DNA of 64,000 nucleotides from Squalus acanthias (Eukaryota), in contig CM059431.1 in assembly GCA_030390025.1 (NCBI GenBank), positions 105,278,001 to 105,342,000 on the forward strand, given 5' to 3'. Below, piece after piece: positions 24,237 to 36,559 of the stretch. The notes under the pieces were generated by a model. That model saw only the letters and a program-made list of their open reading frames with translations, searched no databases and was not told where the DNA came from. The position numbers were made by a program, and so were the translations under genes. Position 1 is the first letter of the stretch. Every line of letters begins with the position of its first letter.

Positions 24237-24680
24237 GAAACATAGAAACTAGGAGCAGGAGTAGGCCATTCGGCCCGTCGAGCCTGCTCCACCATTCAAT
24301 ACGATCATGGCTGATCATCCAAATCCAGTACCTTATCCCTGCTTTCCCACACAGAATCCCCATCGAGCCTGCACCGACACATATCCCACCCTATCCCCGT
24401 AACCCCACGTATTTAATTCCCCCTAACATATCCCATCCTATCCCCGTAACCCCACATATTTAATCCCCCCCTAACACTAAGGGTCAATTTATCATAGCCA
24501 AATCAACCTAACCCGCACATTTTTGGACTGTGGGAGGAAACCGGAGCACCCGGAGGAAACCCACGCAGACACGGGGAGAATGTACAAACTCCACACAGAC
24601 AGTCACCCGAGGTCAGATTCGAACCCGGGTCCCTGGCGCTGTGAGGCACCAGTGCTAACCACTATGCCACCGTGCCGCCC
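24237..24680 (-). mobile_element. HE1-like V-SINE, full length
   Basis: tRNA head with A box TGGCATAGTGG and B box GGTTCGAATC; V-domain GTGTGGAGTTTG..TTCTCCCCGTGTCTGCGTGGGTTTCCTCCGGGTGCTCCGGTTTCCTCCCAC; CR1-derived tail; 7-bp TSD AATCTTA (24230-24236 / 24681-24687). Confidence 0.9.
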
Positions 24681-25190
24681 AATCTTATATGTTTCAATAA
24701 GATCACCTCTCATTCTTCTAAACTCCAATGATTATAGGTCCAACCTGCTCAACCTTTCATCATACGTCAACCCCTTCATCCAGGAATCAACCGAGTGAAC
24801 CTTCTCTGTACTGCCTCCAATGCCAGTATATCCTTCCTTAAATATGGAGACCACAACTGTACGCAGTACTCCAGGTGCGGTCTCACCAGCACCCTGTAAA
24901 GTTGCATCAAAACTTCCCTATTTTTATACTCCATACCCCTTGCAATAAAGGCCAACATTCCATTAGACTTCCTATTTACTTGCCTGCATGCAAAGTTTTT
25001 GTGTTTCATGTACTAGGACCCCAGATTCCTTTGTACTGCAACATTTTGTAGTCTCACTCCATTTAAATAATAATTTGCTTTTTCATTCTTCCTTCCAAAG
25101 TGAATAACCTCACATTTTCCCACATTGTACTCCATCTGCCAAATTTTTGCCCACTCATTTAACCTATCTATATCCCTTTGCAGACTCTTT

Positions 25191-25987
25191 GGGCTGGATT
25201 TTGTGAATGGAGACAAGTTGGTGGCAGGACTGCTGCTTGTCGTGTCAATGTCCCGTCTCCATCCTCGCCTGACCAACCAGAGGGATTTTCCCCTGATTGA
25301 GCTTGTTAAGCCCGCCCTGCGGGCTCAGCAGGCCAATTAGGGAGGAAGTCACTGACAGAGCACGTCAATGTCAGACGTGCTATCTGTCAAGCCTTCTTGA
25401 AAGAAGAAATGTCAGCATTTGACAGCTCTGTGAAGCTGTCAAACACTGACATTCTCTGTAGTTTGATGAGTCCTTGTGTTCAGGACTCATCAAACCTTTC
25501 AACTTTGTTGATTTCATATGGCTGTTGGGTCTCCCGATCCAGCGCGGCTGAAGGCAGTAGGAAGAAAATAAGGTAAGTGAACATTTTTATAAACTTATCA
25601 CTCACCTTACATACTTACCACTCCACACTTGCACCCATCGCTCACCTCTACATCTTACTTCCAGGTGCCTCCGACCCCCGCAGACCTCCTTCACGTCTCC
25701 TCCAATCCGACGGGGTTTTCCGAGGTCGGGAAGCCTTCACCTGAGAAGGTAAAATGGCACTAATCCTTTTTTCTGCCTGTTAACTACCTGTTAACAGGCA
25801 GTTAAAAGGATTAAATGCCTTTCCCGCCTCCAGGAGACGGGACTCGAAGCAGCACATCTTCCCACCTCCTGGCAAAAGAGCATGGAGGCGGGATAGGGGA
25901 AGGTTTGCCATCCACCCCCACTTTCTGCTAATTTAACGGCAGTCCCGCCTCTATGCCCGCCTCCTCGGGGCTTGGAAAATCCAGCCC
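25191..25987. mobile_element. Harbinger-type MITE (family B)
   Basis: Perfect 12-bp TIR GGGCTGGATTTT/AAAATCCAGCCC; TTT TSD; interrupts the CR1 RT; shares TTCCC..GATTG.GCTTGTTAAGCCCGCCC with 45362-45391. Confidence 0.92.
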
Positions 25988-28069
25988 TTTGTATACTCCT
26001 CACACTTGCTAACTCACCTATCTTTGTATCATCAGCAAATTTGGCTACTGTACACTCGGTCCCTTCATCCAAGTCACTAATATAGATTGTAAATAGTTGA
26101 GGCCCCAGCGCTGATCCCTGTGGCACCCCACTAGTTACTGGTTGCCAACCGGAAAATGACCCATTTATTCCAACTCTCTGTTTTCTGTTAGTTAGCCAAT
26201 CCCCTATCCATGCCAAAATATTACCCACAACCCTGTGCACTCTTATCTTGTGCAGTAACCTTTTATGTGGTACCTTGTCGAATGCCTTCTGGAAATCCAA
26301 ATACACCACATCCACTGGTTCCCCTTTATCCACCCTATTTGTTACATCCCCAAAGAACTCTAGCAAATTTGTCAAACACGATTTCCGTTTCATAAAACCA
26401 TGTTGACTCTGCTTGATTGTCTTATAATTTTCTAAATGTCCTGCTATTACCTCCTTAATAATGTATTCCATCATTTTTCCAATGACAGATGTTAGGCTAA
26501 CTGGCCTATAGTTTCCTGCTTTCTGTCTCCCTACTTTCTTGAATAGTGGCGTTACATTTGCGGTTTTCCAATCCGCTGGGACCTCTCCAGAATCCAGGGA
26601 ATTTTGGTAGATTACAACCAACGCATCCACTATCTCTGCAGCCACTTCTTTTAAAACCCAAGGATGCAGGCCATCAGGTCCAGGGGACTTGTTGGCCTTT
26701 AGCCCCATTAGTTTGCCTAGTACTTTTTCTCTAGTGATAGAGATTGTTTTAAGTTCCTCCCTCCCTTTCGCCCCTTGATTATCTATTATTATTGGGATGT
26801 TTTTAGTGTCTTCTACCGTGAAGACCGATCCAAAATAATTGTTGAGAGTCTCTGCCATTTCTCTATTTCCCATTATTAATTCCTCAGTCTCATCCTCTAA
26901 GGGACCAACGTTTACTTTAGCTACTCTCTTCCTTATTATATACCTGTAGAAGCTCTTACTGTCTGTTTTTATATTATTTGCTAGTTTACTCTCATACTGT
27001 ATCTTCTCCCTCTTTATAATTTTTTTAGTCATCCTTTGCTGGTTTCTAAAAATTTCCCAATCCTCTGGCCTTCCACTTAATAAGGGGAGGAAAGGCTGCA
27101 GTACCGTGGCGCGACGTGCCACAGTGCGTGGTGCTGCGGCACATAGCGCCGCGATATTCACTTGCAGCGCCCCAAGAGGGAGGTGGGGCGCTTCCAGTAG
27201 CGCCCCGCCTCCCTCTTGGGGTGCTACTGGTGAATTACAGGCGTGGGGTTCTAACTTTCTCGGGGCGCTAACCCGGTGAAGCTAGCGCCCCAAAGGGGGC
27301 ACGACCCAATTTTTCCCCCCTTTACTCTTATACTCAAATCCTCATTAGTTCGGGGCCAGTTATTACCTTTACTCTTGTGAGTTCTCTCAACTGCTGCTTA
27401 AAAAAAGATGCAGAGGTGATAAAGAATTTTTATTTCACATGCATCATTCTTGGCTGGTTTTCAGTTGTTCTTACTAATATAAATAATGTATGTACACAAC
27501 AGTACTGTTATATATAAATGGGGGCAACAGCACTGAAATGTAAATCTAGCTTAAATTCTTAACCCTTTGTGAACGGGAGAATTTTAAACGATTGGGGCAA
27601 AAAAAATCCCAATAATACACACGTTTTTTATACACGTACTTACTACTTCGCTATAAATACTGATTAGCGGAAATCCTAACCCCTATATCTTGTACTCTTA
27701 ACACATGCATTTTTCCTGAGCCCTTGGACCTTCACTCTCTTAAATGGATAAATATAGGGCTCTAGAGAGAAAACCTGTAATTACGATTATTTTCAATAAT
27801 GAATTGCCAAGAAACTAAAACAAACGAATGAGCTGCCACTGATCTAGATGCTAAGTGTTTGCGGTTCCTGTTAATTATCTCTGCACTATCACTCCTCTTT
27901 AACCTGAGTTAGTCTCCAAAGTGAAATGCTCTTCAACGCAACTGCTTTGATGCACAGAACGTACGGGTGTGTTGTTGCCAAACTATTCAGGGCGACACAG
28001 CAGCTTCCTCATGAAGCAATAAAGTACTCAACTGACTTCAACATTTCACGATCTCAACACATTACAAAA

Positions 28070-28832
28070 TAATATTTTCCGATGCCTACGGGTGTGTACG
28101 AGCTGTGTACCCACCCGTAGAGACATCGGAAATGCCGGTTTCAGGCATGCGAAGCGCATGCGCTGAAAACCGGCATTTCCGATCTGTCAAGAATCCTCTT
28201 GACAGATCGAACGCCTGCCCTGGAGAAGGGCCTCTGCGGGCAAAGAGTTCCGCTTTCTGCAGAAACTCCACCCACTGAAAACCTTTAAAAATCTTACGCC
28301 TGGTAAAAGCAGCGTAAGGCCTGCTTTTACCAGCATAAGAGTTTAAAAAAGTAAAAATAAAAATATTTTTTTTTTTACTCATTTATAATTTACAAATACT
28401 TTTACAAAAGGGAAGTTTATTTTTAGCCCCGTAAAAAACGTTTATTATTTTTTCCAAAAAAATAAATTTTTGTTAAAAATATTTAATTTAATCTAATTTT
28501 AACTCATTTTAAAAGCGTGATGGTTTTTTAAAAATGTATTTAATGTTTTAGTGTCTTTTATCAGTGATCTCCATTCATATATGTGACAGTTCTATCTGTC
28601 AAAAGTATGAAGGGAGATTCCCTTCTTTCATTGGCTGGCCTGGCCCACGTGATCCCAGGGACGCTTGCGAACCGCCTGCGCCTCTGGGATACGTGGGCCC
28701 TGCGCATTTCGACTGTGGAGAGGCCCAGGATCGGAAGTGTCCGGACCTCGAGGGCCCTCAGGTAAGGGTGTAGATTTTTTCCCGATAGGAGGCATCCACG
28801 TGCAGGAAACCTCCTGTCCGAAATTACAGGCA
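28070..28832. mobile_element. Harbinger-type MITE (family D), degenerate ends
   Basis: Homologous to 58161-58923: GC-rich arms, AT-rich core, TGTCAA hairpins. Confidence 0.75.
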
Positions 28833-29759
28833 TGAATCTCATTCATGACTTATGAAATAATACTGAGTGGCCTGCGGGTGGCGCTGTCCAGGGAGAGTAT
28901 AAATACTCGGGCACGGGCCCAGCTTGCGCAGGACATTCTTAACAGGAACTAGTGAAGGACACAACTAGACCTCCATGTTGTAAAATAGTTGATTAAAGCT
29001 TTGTTTAATGCTTAGACCAAGTGCCTAGTGGTTTTCTTATGTCAAATGTCTTTCCGTTTTTCTTCACATGATTTCCCCTCCTGTCCCTAAGATGCTCATT
29101 CATGCACGGGTACAATTATACCAACGTCGGTGCCTTGCCTAAGTGACCGTTCTTCACGTGTAAGGCTAAGCAGTGAGTACCAGAATGCTATTGGACTGTG
29201 AAGATTATTACAGCTGAGTCGGGATTGGTGCTCATCCATAGGCGCACTTTTCCAGCAAATTGACCGGATATTGCGCCGAAGTGAGAAACTTGACTGGTTT
29301 CCCTCTCCTGGCCTAGGGGACGATGAGGCCAATTGCAGCATGTTAATTACCTCCCTAGCTGAGATAAGCCATCCAATTACATCGGTTCAGCGTTTTGGGG
29401 AGGGTGCTTCTGGTAGCATTCCTGGGCTTCCCCAGGGATCCTGCCAAAGTGCCCCTAGTAGATCCCTGGGACCCACATCTGCCCAAAGTGGGGCCTGGAG
29501 ATCTAAAAGGTGAAGGTATAGTCGTTGATCCCAGAAGGATCAAGTTCTTTCTTCCGGTGGCCCTTCTGCTTCCTGAGGCGAAACGGGAATATTTGTTAGC
29601 TACTGTCTGAGCTGTAGGGTGACACTCCAGCTATTTAAATGTGCCGGTCCTGGGATTTGGGATGGGGCATGGCAGGAGAAAAGACCATTAATATGGAGAA
29701 AAGTACAGTACTTTCAACTGAATGTGGTATTCCCCTCAACATTAGACAACCAAGGTGAT

Positions 29760-29938
29760 CCCTCCATGGTCTCCCCCCTCCCTATGTCTGTAACCTCCTC
29801 CAGCTCTACAACCCTCGGAGATATCTGCGCTCCTCCAATTCTGGCCTCTTGCACATCCCCGACTTTAATCGCTCTGCAGTGCCTTCGGCTGCCTCGCCTT
29901 AAGCTCTGGAATTCCCTCCCTAAGCCTCTGCGCCTCTC

Positions 29939-29974
<36 letters not shown>

Positions 29975-30145
29975 CTTTTAAGATGATCCTACAAACCTAC
30001 CTCTTTGACCAAGCTTTTGGTCACCTCGCCTAATATCTCCTTATTTGGCTCGGTGTCAAATTTTATTTGATAATCGCTCCTGTGAAGCGCTTTGGGACGT
30101 TTTTCTGCATTAAAGGGGCTATATAAATGCAAGTTGCTGTTGTTA
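29760..30145 (+). mobile_element. L2-type LINE 3' end with (CT)n microsatellite at ~29942-29972
   Basis: KLWNSLPKPLRLS; tail GCTATATAAATGCAAGTTGCTGTTG. Confidence 0.8.
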
Positions 30146-30365
30146 AGTGAATGGAAGCTAATTACTCTGGCGTCAATGTTCAAACGAAAGCTGAGAACCA
30201 TTGTGAGGCCCATCAGTCATAATGTAACAACAAAAACCTGAACAGAGAAAAATGTAGATGAAAGTTGTTCCTTGCTGCAGTGCAATTAAACACCGGGAAA
30301 TAACTGCCACCAAAAACAGAGATTGGAAAACACTTCCTGAAAGTAAATAGAATACAGAGTAATTA

Positions 30366-30800
30366 GGGCTAGAAATTCGTCTCCTTTGCGCCTGCCGTTA
30401 GCGCCTCCAGAGGGTGACCCCTTAGCCGTGACCCCTTACCATCCCACGGCAGAAATTCAGCTGCGTCCCGCGAGGCTGCCACGGGCGGTGTCAGCGCCAG
30501 CCTCGCGGGTCACGAGCCGGGCCGACCTCCGCTCGCGGGGCGGTAGTTAAAGGGGCGGCGCGGCCACGACCCGCGCCAGCATTTTATTTTTTTGGTCTAC
30601 CTCCGGGTAGGCCCTCTGCGGTGGGTCGTGGCGCGGTCCTGGCCGCCATCGCGCAGCCCGGCACCGTGTCTCGGCCTAGTGTGGGCCATCGGAGGCCCTG
30701 CAGAGTGCGCAGCGGCCCTCCCCTTTAACTGAAGGGGCGGAGCGTTGAAACACGGCAGCACTCCGACATCGCCTCAGTTCCCGCCCCCCCACCCCGGGAA
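30366..30800. mobile_element. Harbinger-type MITE fragment (family A/C-related)
   Basis: Begins GGGCTAGAAATT..TTTGCGCCTGCCGTTAGCGCC, the reverse complement of the 58005 end; CpG-rich; second TIR missing. Confidence 0.65.
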
Positions 30801-31059
30801 GTGCAGGTATCGTGCTCTAATGCCACAGCACAAGATCAGGGGTTGACCATTCCATGGAATAGTGCATTAGTTCCCAATGTGAATGACTGGCAATTAGCAA
30901 ACCTTAAAAATAATCAAGTCTTAGACACATCCAAACCATCATTTGTTTCAGATCAGCAATAAGCTGGATCAGCCAATACGATTGTTTGATTTTCTTTATA
31001 AATGGTAGATATTTTCTTGTTATAGAACATAACCTAACCCAACCAACATCGCTAAAACA

Positions 31060-31950
31060 GATAAGAACATAAGAATTAGGAGCAGGAGTCGGCCATACGG
31101 CCCCTCGAGCCTGCTCCACCATTCAATAAGATCATGGCTGATCTTCTACCTCAACTCCACTTTCCTGCACTATCCCCATATCCCTTGATTCCCCTAGAGT
31201 CCAGAAATCTATCGATCTCAGCCTTGAATGTACTCAAAGACTCAGCATGCACAGCCCGCTGGGGTAGAGAATTCAAAAGACTCACAACCCTCTGAGTAAA
31301 GAAATTCCTCCTCATCTCAGTCTTAAATGGCCGACCCCTTATCCTGAGACTATGCCGCCTAGTCCTAGACTCTCCAACCAGGGGAAACAACCTCTCATAT
31401 CTACCCTGTCAATCCCCCTTAGAATCTTACATGTTTCAATAAGATCATCTCTCATTCTTCTAAACTCCAGAGAGTATAGGCCCAATCTACTCAATCTCTC
31501 CTCATAAGACAACCCTCTCATCCCAGAGATCAATCTAGTGAACCTTTGTTGCATTGCTTCTAAGGCAAGTATGTCCTTCCTCAGATAAGGAGACCAAAAC
31601 TGTGCACAGTACTCCAGGTCTCACCAAAGCCCTGTACAATTGTAATAAGACTTCCTTACACTTGTACTCCAGCCCCCTTGCAATAAAGGCCAACGTACCA
31701 TTTGCCTTCCAAATTGCTTGCTGTACCTGCATGCTAACTTTGCGTTTCCTGTATGAGGGCACCTAAATCTCTCTGAACACCAACATTTAATAGTTTCTCA
31801 CCATTTAAAAAATGTTCTGTTTTTTTATTCTTCCTGCCAAAGTGAATAACCTCACATTTCCCACATTATACTCCATCTGCTGCCTTATTGCCCACTCACT
31901 ATTGCAGGCTCTTTGTGTCCTCCTCACAGCTTACTTTCCCACTTAGCTTT
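31060..31950 (-). mobile_element. CR1 3' fragment
   Basis: ORF fragments 31151-31762 with CR1 C-terminal motifs; followed by Deu-SINE tail 31955-32125 on +. Confidence 0.9.
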
Positions 31951-32344
31951 GTATCTGGTCATTATCTCATTGTTGTTTGTGGGAGCTTGCTGTGCGCAAT
32001 TGGCTGCCACATTTCCTACATTCCAACAGTGACAACATTTCAAAAGTACTTCATTGGCTGTAAAGCGCTATAAGATGTCCTGTGGTCATGAAAGGCGCTA
32101 TGTAAATCCAAGTCTATTTTCTTTTATAAATTATTGAAGCCTTTCAAAATCCTTTTGTCACATGTATGAAATATATATTACTGCACTGGGTCAGGTCGAA
32201 CTGGAGCATCAGGTGAAACAGTGCAGTTTTTAGGCTGACTGACTGTAAAGATCACAGGCCACGCTTGTGCTGTAAGGGTTACTTTTCTGAGTTGGGGATT
32301 CAGGTACATTGTTGGGAATGGAGCTTTACTCTTCATTTTACTTT

Positions 32345-32750
32345 ACATTGGCTCCTGGATCGATATTTAAAATTCTCATCCTTGTTTTCAAATCCCTCCA
32401 TGGCCTCGCCCCTCCCTGTCTCTGTAACCTCCTCCAGCCTTACAACATTCCGAGATCTCTGCGCTCCTCCAATTCTGACCTCTTGCGCATCCCTGATTGC
32501 CTTCGCCCAACCATTGGCGTCCGTGCCTATAGCTGCCGAGGCCCTAAGCTCTGGAATTCCCTGCCTAAACCTCTCCGCCTCTCTCTTCTCCTTTAAGTCT
32601 CTCCTTAAAACCGACCTCCTGGACTAAGCCATTGGTCACCTGTCTGAATATCTCCTGACGTGGCTCGGTGTCAAATTTTATCTGATAACGCTCCTGTGAA
32701 GCGCTGCGGGATGGCTTTACTACGCTAAAGGCCTTATAAATTGTTGTTCT
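32345..32750 (+). mobile_element. L2-type LINE 3' end
   Basis: FKILILVFKSLHGLAPPCLCNLLQPYNIPRSLRSS...RAYS..GPKLWNSLP. Confidence 0.85.
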
Positions 32751-33469
32751 TGTTTTCTATTGGTTGCGCTATACCTTATCCTGGTGTGCTTGATGCTCAA
32801 GCAAGATACCTTCTCTGGGAGAGTCCCATTCCCCAGCATTAATGTACCTCGGATTGATGAACACAAAAAAATATCATTTTGAGTGTATTCCAGTATGCAC
32901 TGCAATACTTACCTTTGGAAGTTTTTCCATTTTACAGGAGAATCTCTGCTGTGTGACACAATGAAAGTGTATTTCTCGGTTCAGTCATTACACAGAGCAG
33001 GAACACAGCACGGGCAACACAGTGAATCTTGAGTGGTTCAGAGTGCTGTGGATTTATTTCACCTTTAATTAGCACGATAAGAGTAGGGTAAGGAAGTCAA
33101 AGGTGTCGTATAAAGCTGCTAATTGTCCGATTAAAGCAGCATTAGTGTCCGCTCCAAGGAGTTAGTGTTCTATTGAAATTGGCCATGGCAATTTGGGAAT
33201 TGTAAATTTAAACAAAAAAAAAAGATGTGCATACATTGTAAGTGATACCACCTGTACTTAACTCAGATGCGTACTCCTGGAAGGAAAATTAAAGTTTTGT
33301 GTACGTGTAGAATTTTCAAAGGGAGGTGGGAAATCTACAAACATTTATCGAGTGAAAAGCCACCTCTCTCAGCTTTATGTGCAAGGTAACGAAAAGGCTA
33401 ATCAGACTGTCATATTGTACAACTATTGATTTCACTTTATATTAACTTTTAGCTTTTGCCTGTTGAGTG

Positions 33470-33820
33470 ACGATAAAGTAGATAGAGAGAAACTATTTCC
33501 TCTGGTGGGGGAAGAGTTCAGAACAAAGGGGCATAACCTTAAAATTAGAGCCAGGCCGTTCAGGGTTGATGTCAGGAAGCACTTCATCACACAAAGGGTA
33601 GTTGAAATCTGGAACTCTCTCCCCCAAAAATCCATTGAGGCTGGAGGTCAATTGAAAATTTCAAAACTGAGATTGATAGATTTTTGTACGGTAAGGGTAT
33701 TAAGGGTTACGGAACCAAGGCGGGCACATTCAGTTAAGATACAGATCAGCCATGATCTAATTGAATGGCAGAACAGGCTCGAGGTGCTGAATGGCCGCCT
33801 CCTGTTCCGATGTTCCTGTA
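33470..33820 (+). mobile_element. CR1 3' fragment
   Basis: KVDREKLFPLVGE..RTKGHNLKI...QRVVEIWNSLP. Confidence 0.8.
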
Positions 33821-34490
33821 ATCATAAGAGAGGCTTGCTATATTTTCTTATTTTAGAAGTAGTGAAAAGCAATGGTCGGTATCGATAGCAAACCTAATTA
33901 ACAGACATTCCAGTCAGAGAGCTTTAGGTAATAAGTTATTGCACAGACACAGAACACGCGGAGAAGCTTACGTTGTTCACTCGAACCTTGAAAGATAAAG
34001 AACCTGCCTGAGAAAGTTAGGCAGTGTAACAAGTTAAGGAGTTACAGACCTGTGTGCTGCAAGGACAGGACAAACAAATCAGTGTTGAATGATGACTATG
34101 TATGAGGTAATAATATGGAACATGCGAATTGTCACAGAGCAGGGTTAGAAAAAATGTATAAAGAGTAGCTGTTGGGTCAGATACCTTGGAATTCGCAGGT
34201 CTGGCCAACCAAGTACATCGAGCTTGAAACTGTAGCATGTTTTGGATTCTCCGGCTAATAACTCGCAAGGTTTTGGCGTAAGTGCTGCTGTTAATAATTA
34301 TTGTATGCTTAATAAATCTGTGAGTGTCTGACAATCAATGCTGTGAAACTTATTATTTTGTGGAGTAACCTAGAACACCCATCCTCAAGCATGCAAGAGC
34401 TCATTTAAATGCAGCCACGGATGGGATATCCTTCAAAATACCGTCACATTAATAGCGCGCAGTCTAAACTACCATTACTGGAGATCTAGC

Positions 34491-34903
34491 AGGGTATGGT
34501 AGCATAGTGGTTATGTTACTGGACTAGTTAATCACTGAACTAGTAGCGGCCTGGACTAATGATCTGGTGATGTGAGTTCAAATCCCACCATGGGGAATTT
34601 AAATTCAGTTAATTAAATAAAACTGGTATCAGTAATGGTGACCATAAAACTACCGGATTGTTGGAAAAACCCATCTGGTTCGCTAATGTCCTTTAGTGGA
34701 AGGAAATCTGCCGTCCTTACCCGGTCTGGCCTATATGTGAATCCAGACCCACAGCAATATGGTTGACTCTTAACTGTCCTCTGAAATGGCCCAGCAAGCC
34801 ACTCAGTTATATCCAACTCACCGCCGCCTTCTCAATAAATGCTGGCCTTGTTGCTGGTGAATGAATAAAAAAAATCCACGTCCCATGAATGAATAAAAAA
34901 AAA
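34491..34903 (+). mobile_element. tRNA-derived SINE made of the LINE-B 5' head/body plus the LINE-B 3' tail
   Basis: A box TAGCATAGTGG, B box GTTCAAATC; body matches reverse complement of 40503-40840; ends CTCACCGCCGCCTTCTCAATAAATGCTGGCC...CCCATGAATGAATAAAAAAA. Confidence 0.85.
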
Positions 34904-35742
34904 TCTAGCGAGACAACACAGCTGCAAATGCAAAATAATTTCCATGAGAATCCATTTTACATTTTCAGTCAAACACAAATGATACTTGTCCAAAATAAAA
35001 GCTAGAAAGCAAAAGGTTAATAGATTCTCACGTCTCATCGTGAAGTGATGCTCAGAGTCAATTGTGTGATATGTCCCTGTTCTGTATTGCACTGATGCCT
35101 GCAAAATATTTTCTTGTCTGTACAATAATGTCCTGACCATGGTCTCAAACTGAAAGCAGAGTCATGCCCCAAGGCAGTGAGGCACCATAAGATACAGTGC
35201 TGAACCTTCACATGTCATATCAATATGTGCATCTGCAGCAATACTTTCTGACTGAATAACCCCAAGGTAGATGGTACTCAGTTCTCCATTGCGGTACCTT
35301 ATAAGCTACAATCAGATTTTCAGCTTGAAGGCATCCATCCTGTCTCCAGCCAATTAGCCTGTCATGGCATTCTCGCTTTGAGAAGATGCTGTTCAAACTA
35401 GTTTAATTCAAACAGCACATCATTCTTTTGAGCTTTATGAGCACCAGTCCATTGTACAGTCTAAGTAATGATGTATTTAGGGATTTCTGATCAAGGTCTT
35501 AAGATTTACTATATACAAGTGAATAGTTTAATAATGCGGTTATAGTCATGCCGAACAGAATTACATTTTCAGTTCAATAAATCTTACAAAAATAAAAATT
35601 CCAACTGATCGCACTACCAATTTGCTCAGGATATCCAAATTGTGTAATAACAATTTAGTTAAACTGTGTTACAGTAAACTCATAAAACAAGGCTCCTATT
35701 AAAATAGACTGTTGCTGCAATACCCCCCATTATGACAGATTA

Positions 35743-36338
35743 CTATTGCAGGGATCCTATTATAGCAGACTGGTACAAGTTGTCATTGTTCTGAGAAAAA
35801 AAAATTGAGCACTGGGACATTTCAAAATGGTAAACTTCTTCTCCCACAGACGTTATTAAATGGACCATTAAGCAAGTGATTAATACAAAGGCAATATTTT
35901 GCAGGGGACTGCAGGAGCTAAGAATCCAATTAGCAACCGTACATTCTGGAGACCAAGGTGCTTGAAGGCCATGAGAGACTCTGTCATGCCCCAATCCGTT
36001 ACCAGGGCGATGGGCTTTGGTGGAACGGTTATTGGGAAAACCATCTTTCAGGACGAACTTCTGAGGAACAATTGGTGTAACAGATTTAAATTTAGAATGT
36101 TCTCTTTTATGCCCAAAACTGTCCTCTTCTCCCTTTCTTGCGCTATAGCTATTACCAGGTATTAAGAGAATACGATGGTTAAGAGGCTTGAGATGCTGTT
36201 TCGACTGAGAGTTCCCACCAGGTTCAGCAAGGTGCAGGTTCTGCAAGAATCGTATGCTTGCTGATAACTTACAAGAGTACGTTCGACTGTAAACACTGTC
36301 CAGCTCTTCAGAGACACGCCCAAGTATCACGGCAGGAC
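35743..36338 (-). other. Possible host exon (unassigned)
   Basis: ~198 open codons in non-repetitive sequence starting after TTCCTTTAAG acceptor-like site; no recognisable domain. Confidence 0.2.
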
Positions 36339-36559
36339 CTTAAAGGAACTCACAGCAGCAAAGACGTGCAAAATTCATGTCTTCATACTTGCCATGAGTT
36401 AAACCGCTGTTCCGACAAAGTAAACCAAGCAAGCTGATCTTATATTGCAGTCATGTTACACAGCAGAGTCCACAGTGCCTACAGAGAGCAGCATCAAACA
36501 GAAATGTAAAAGAAGAAATGTACTGCACTGAGGTCATTATCTCCAAACAGGAACAAAAA

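Larger units (their letters stand above)
23858..27076 (-). mobile_element. CR1 LINE (RT-containing, 5'-truncated)
   Basis: Long open RT stretch within ORF 25791-27161 ([36 protein letters not shown]); 8-bp TSD TTAATAAG (23850-23857 / 27077-27084). Confidence 0.95.
23362..27319. mobile_element. Harbinger-type MITE (family A) split by CR1
   Basis: GGGGGAAAAAT ... ATTTTTCCCCC TIR; CTT TSD; halves 23362-23857 and 27077-27319 match the intact copy 49215-49967 in reverse orientation. Confidence 0.9.
22778..27343 (-). mobile_element. CR1 3' fragment (outer element of nest; pieces 22778-23361 and 27320-27343)
   Basis: HLEYCVQFWSPYLRKD...; joining the pieces gives TAAGACATCTTTACTCTTATACTCAAATCCTC, as in the uninterrupted copy at ~60121-60152. 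Confidence 0.88.

Noticed and set aside
25791..27161. 456-aa intact gene
   Set aside because: Chimeric frame: MITE-derived N-terminus, CR1 RT fragment, MITE-derived C-terminus.
32938..33087. Plus-strand coding exon (strong acceptor TTTTTCCATTTTACAG, donor GG|GTAAGG)
   Set aside because: Stops in all three frames; at most non-coding, and unsupported.
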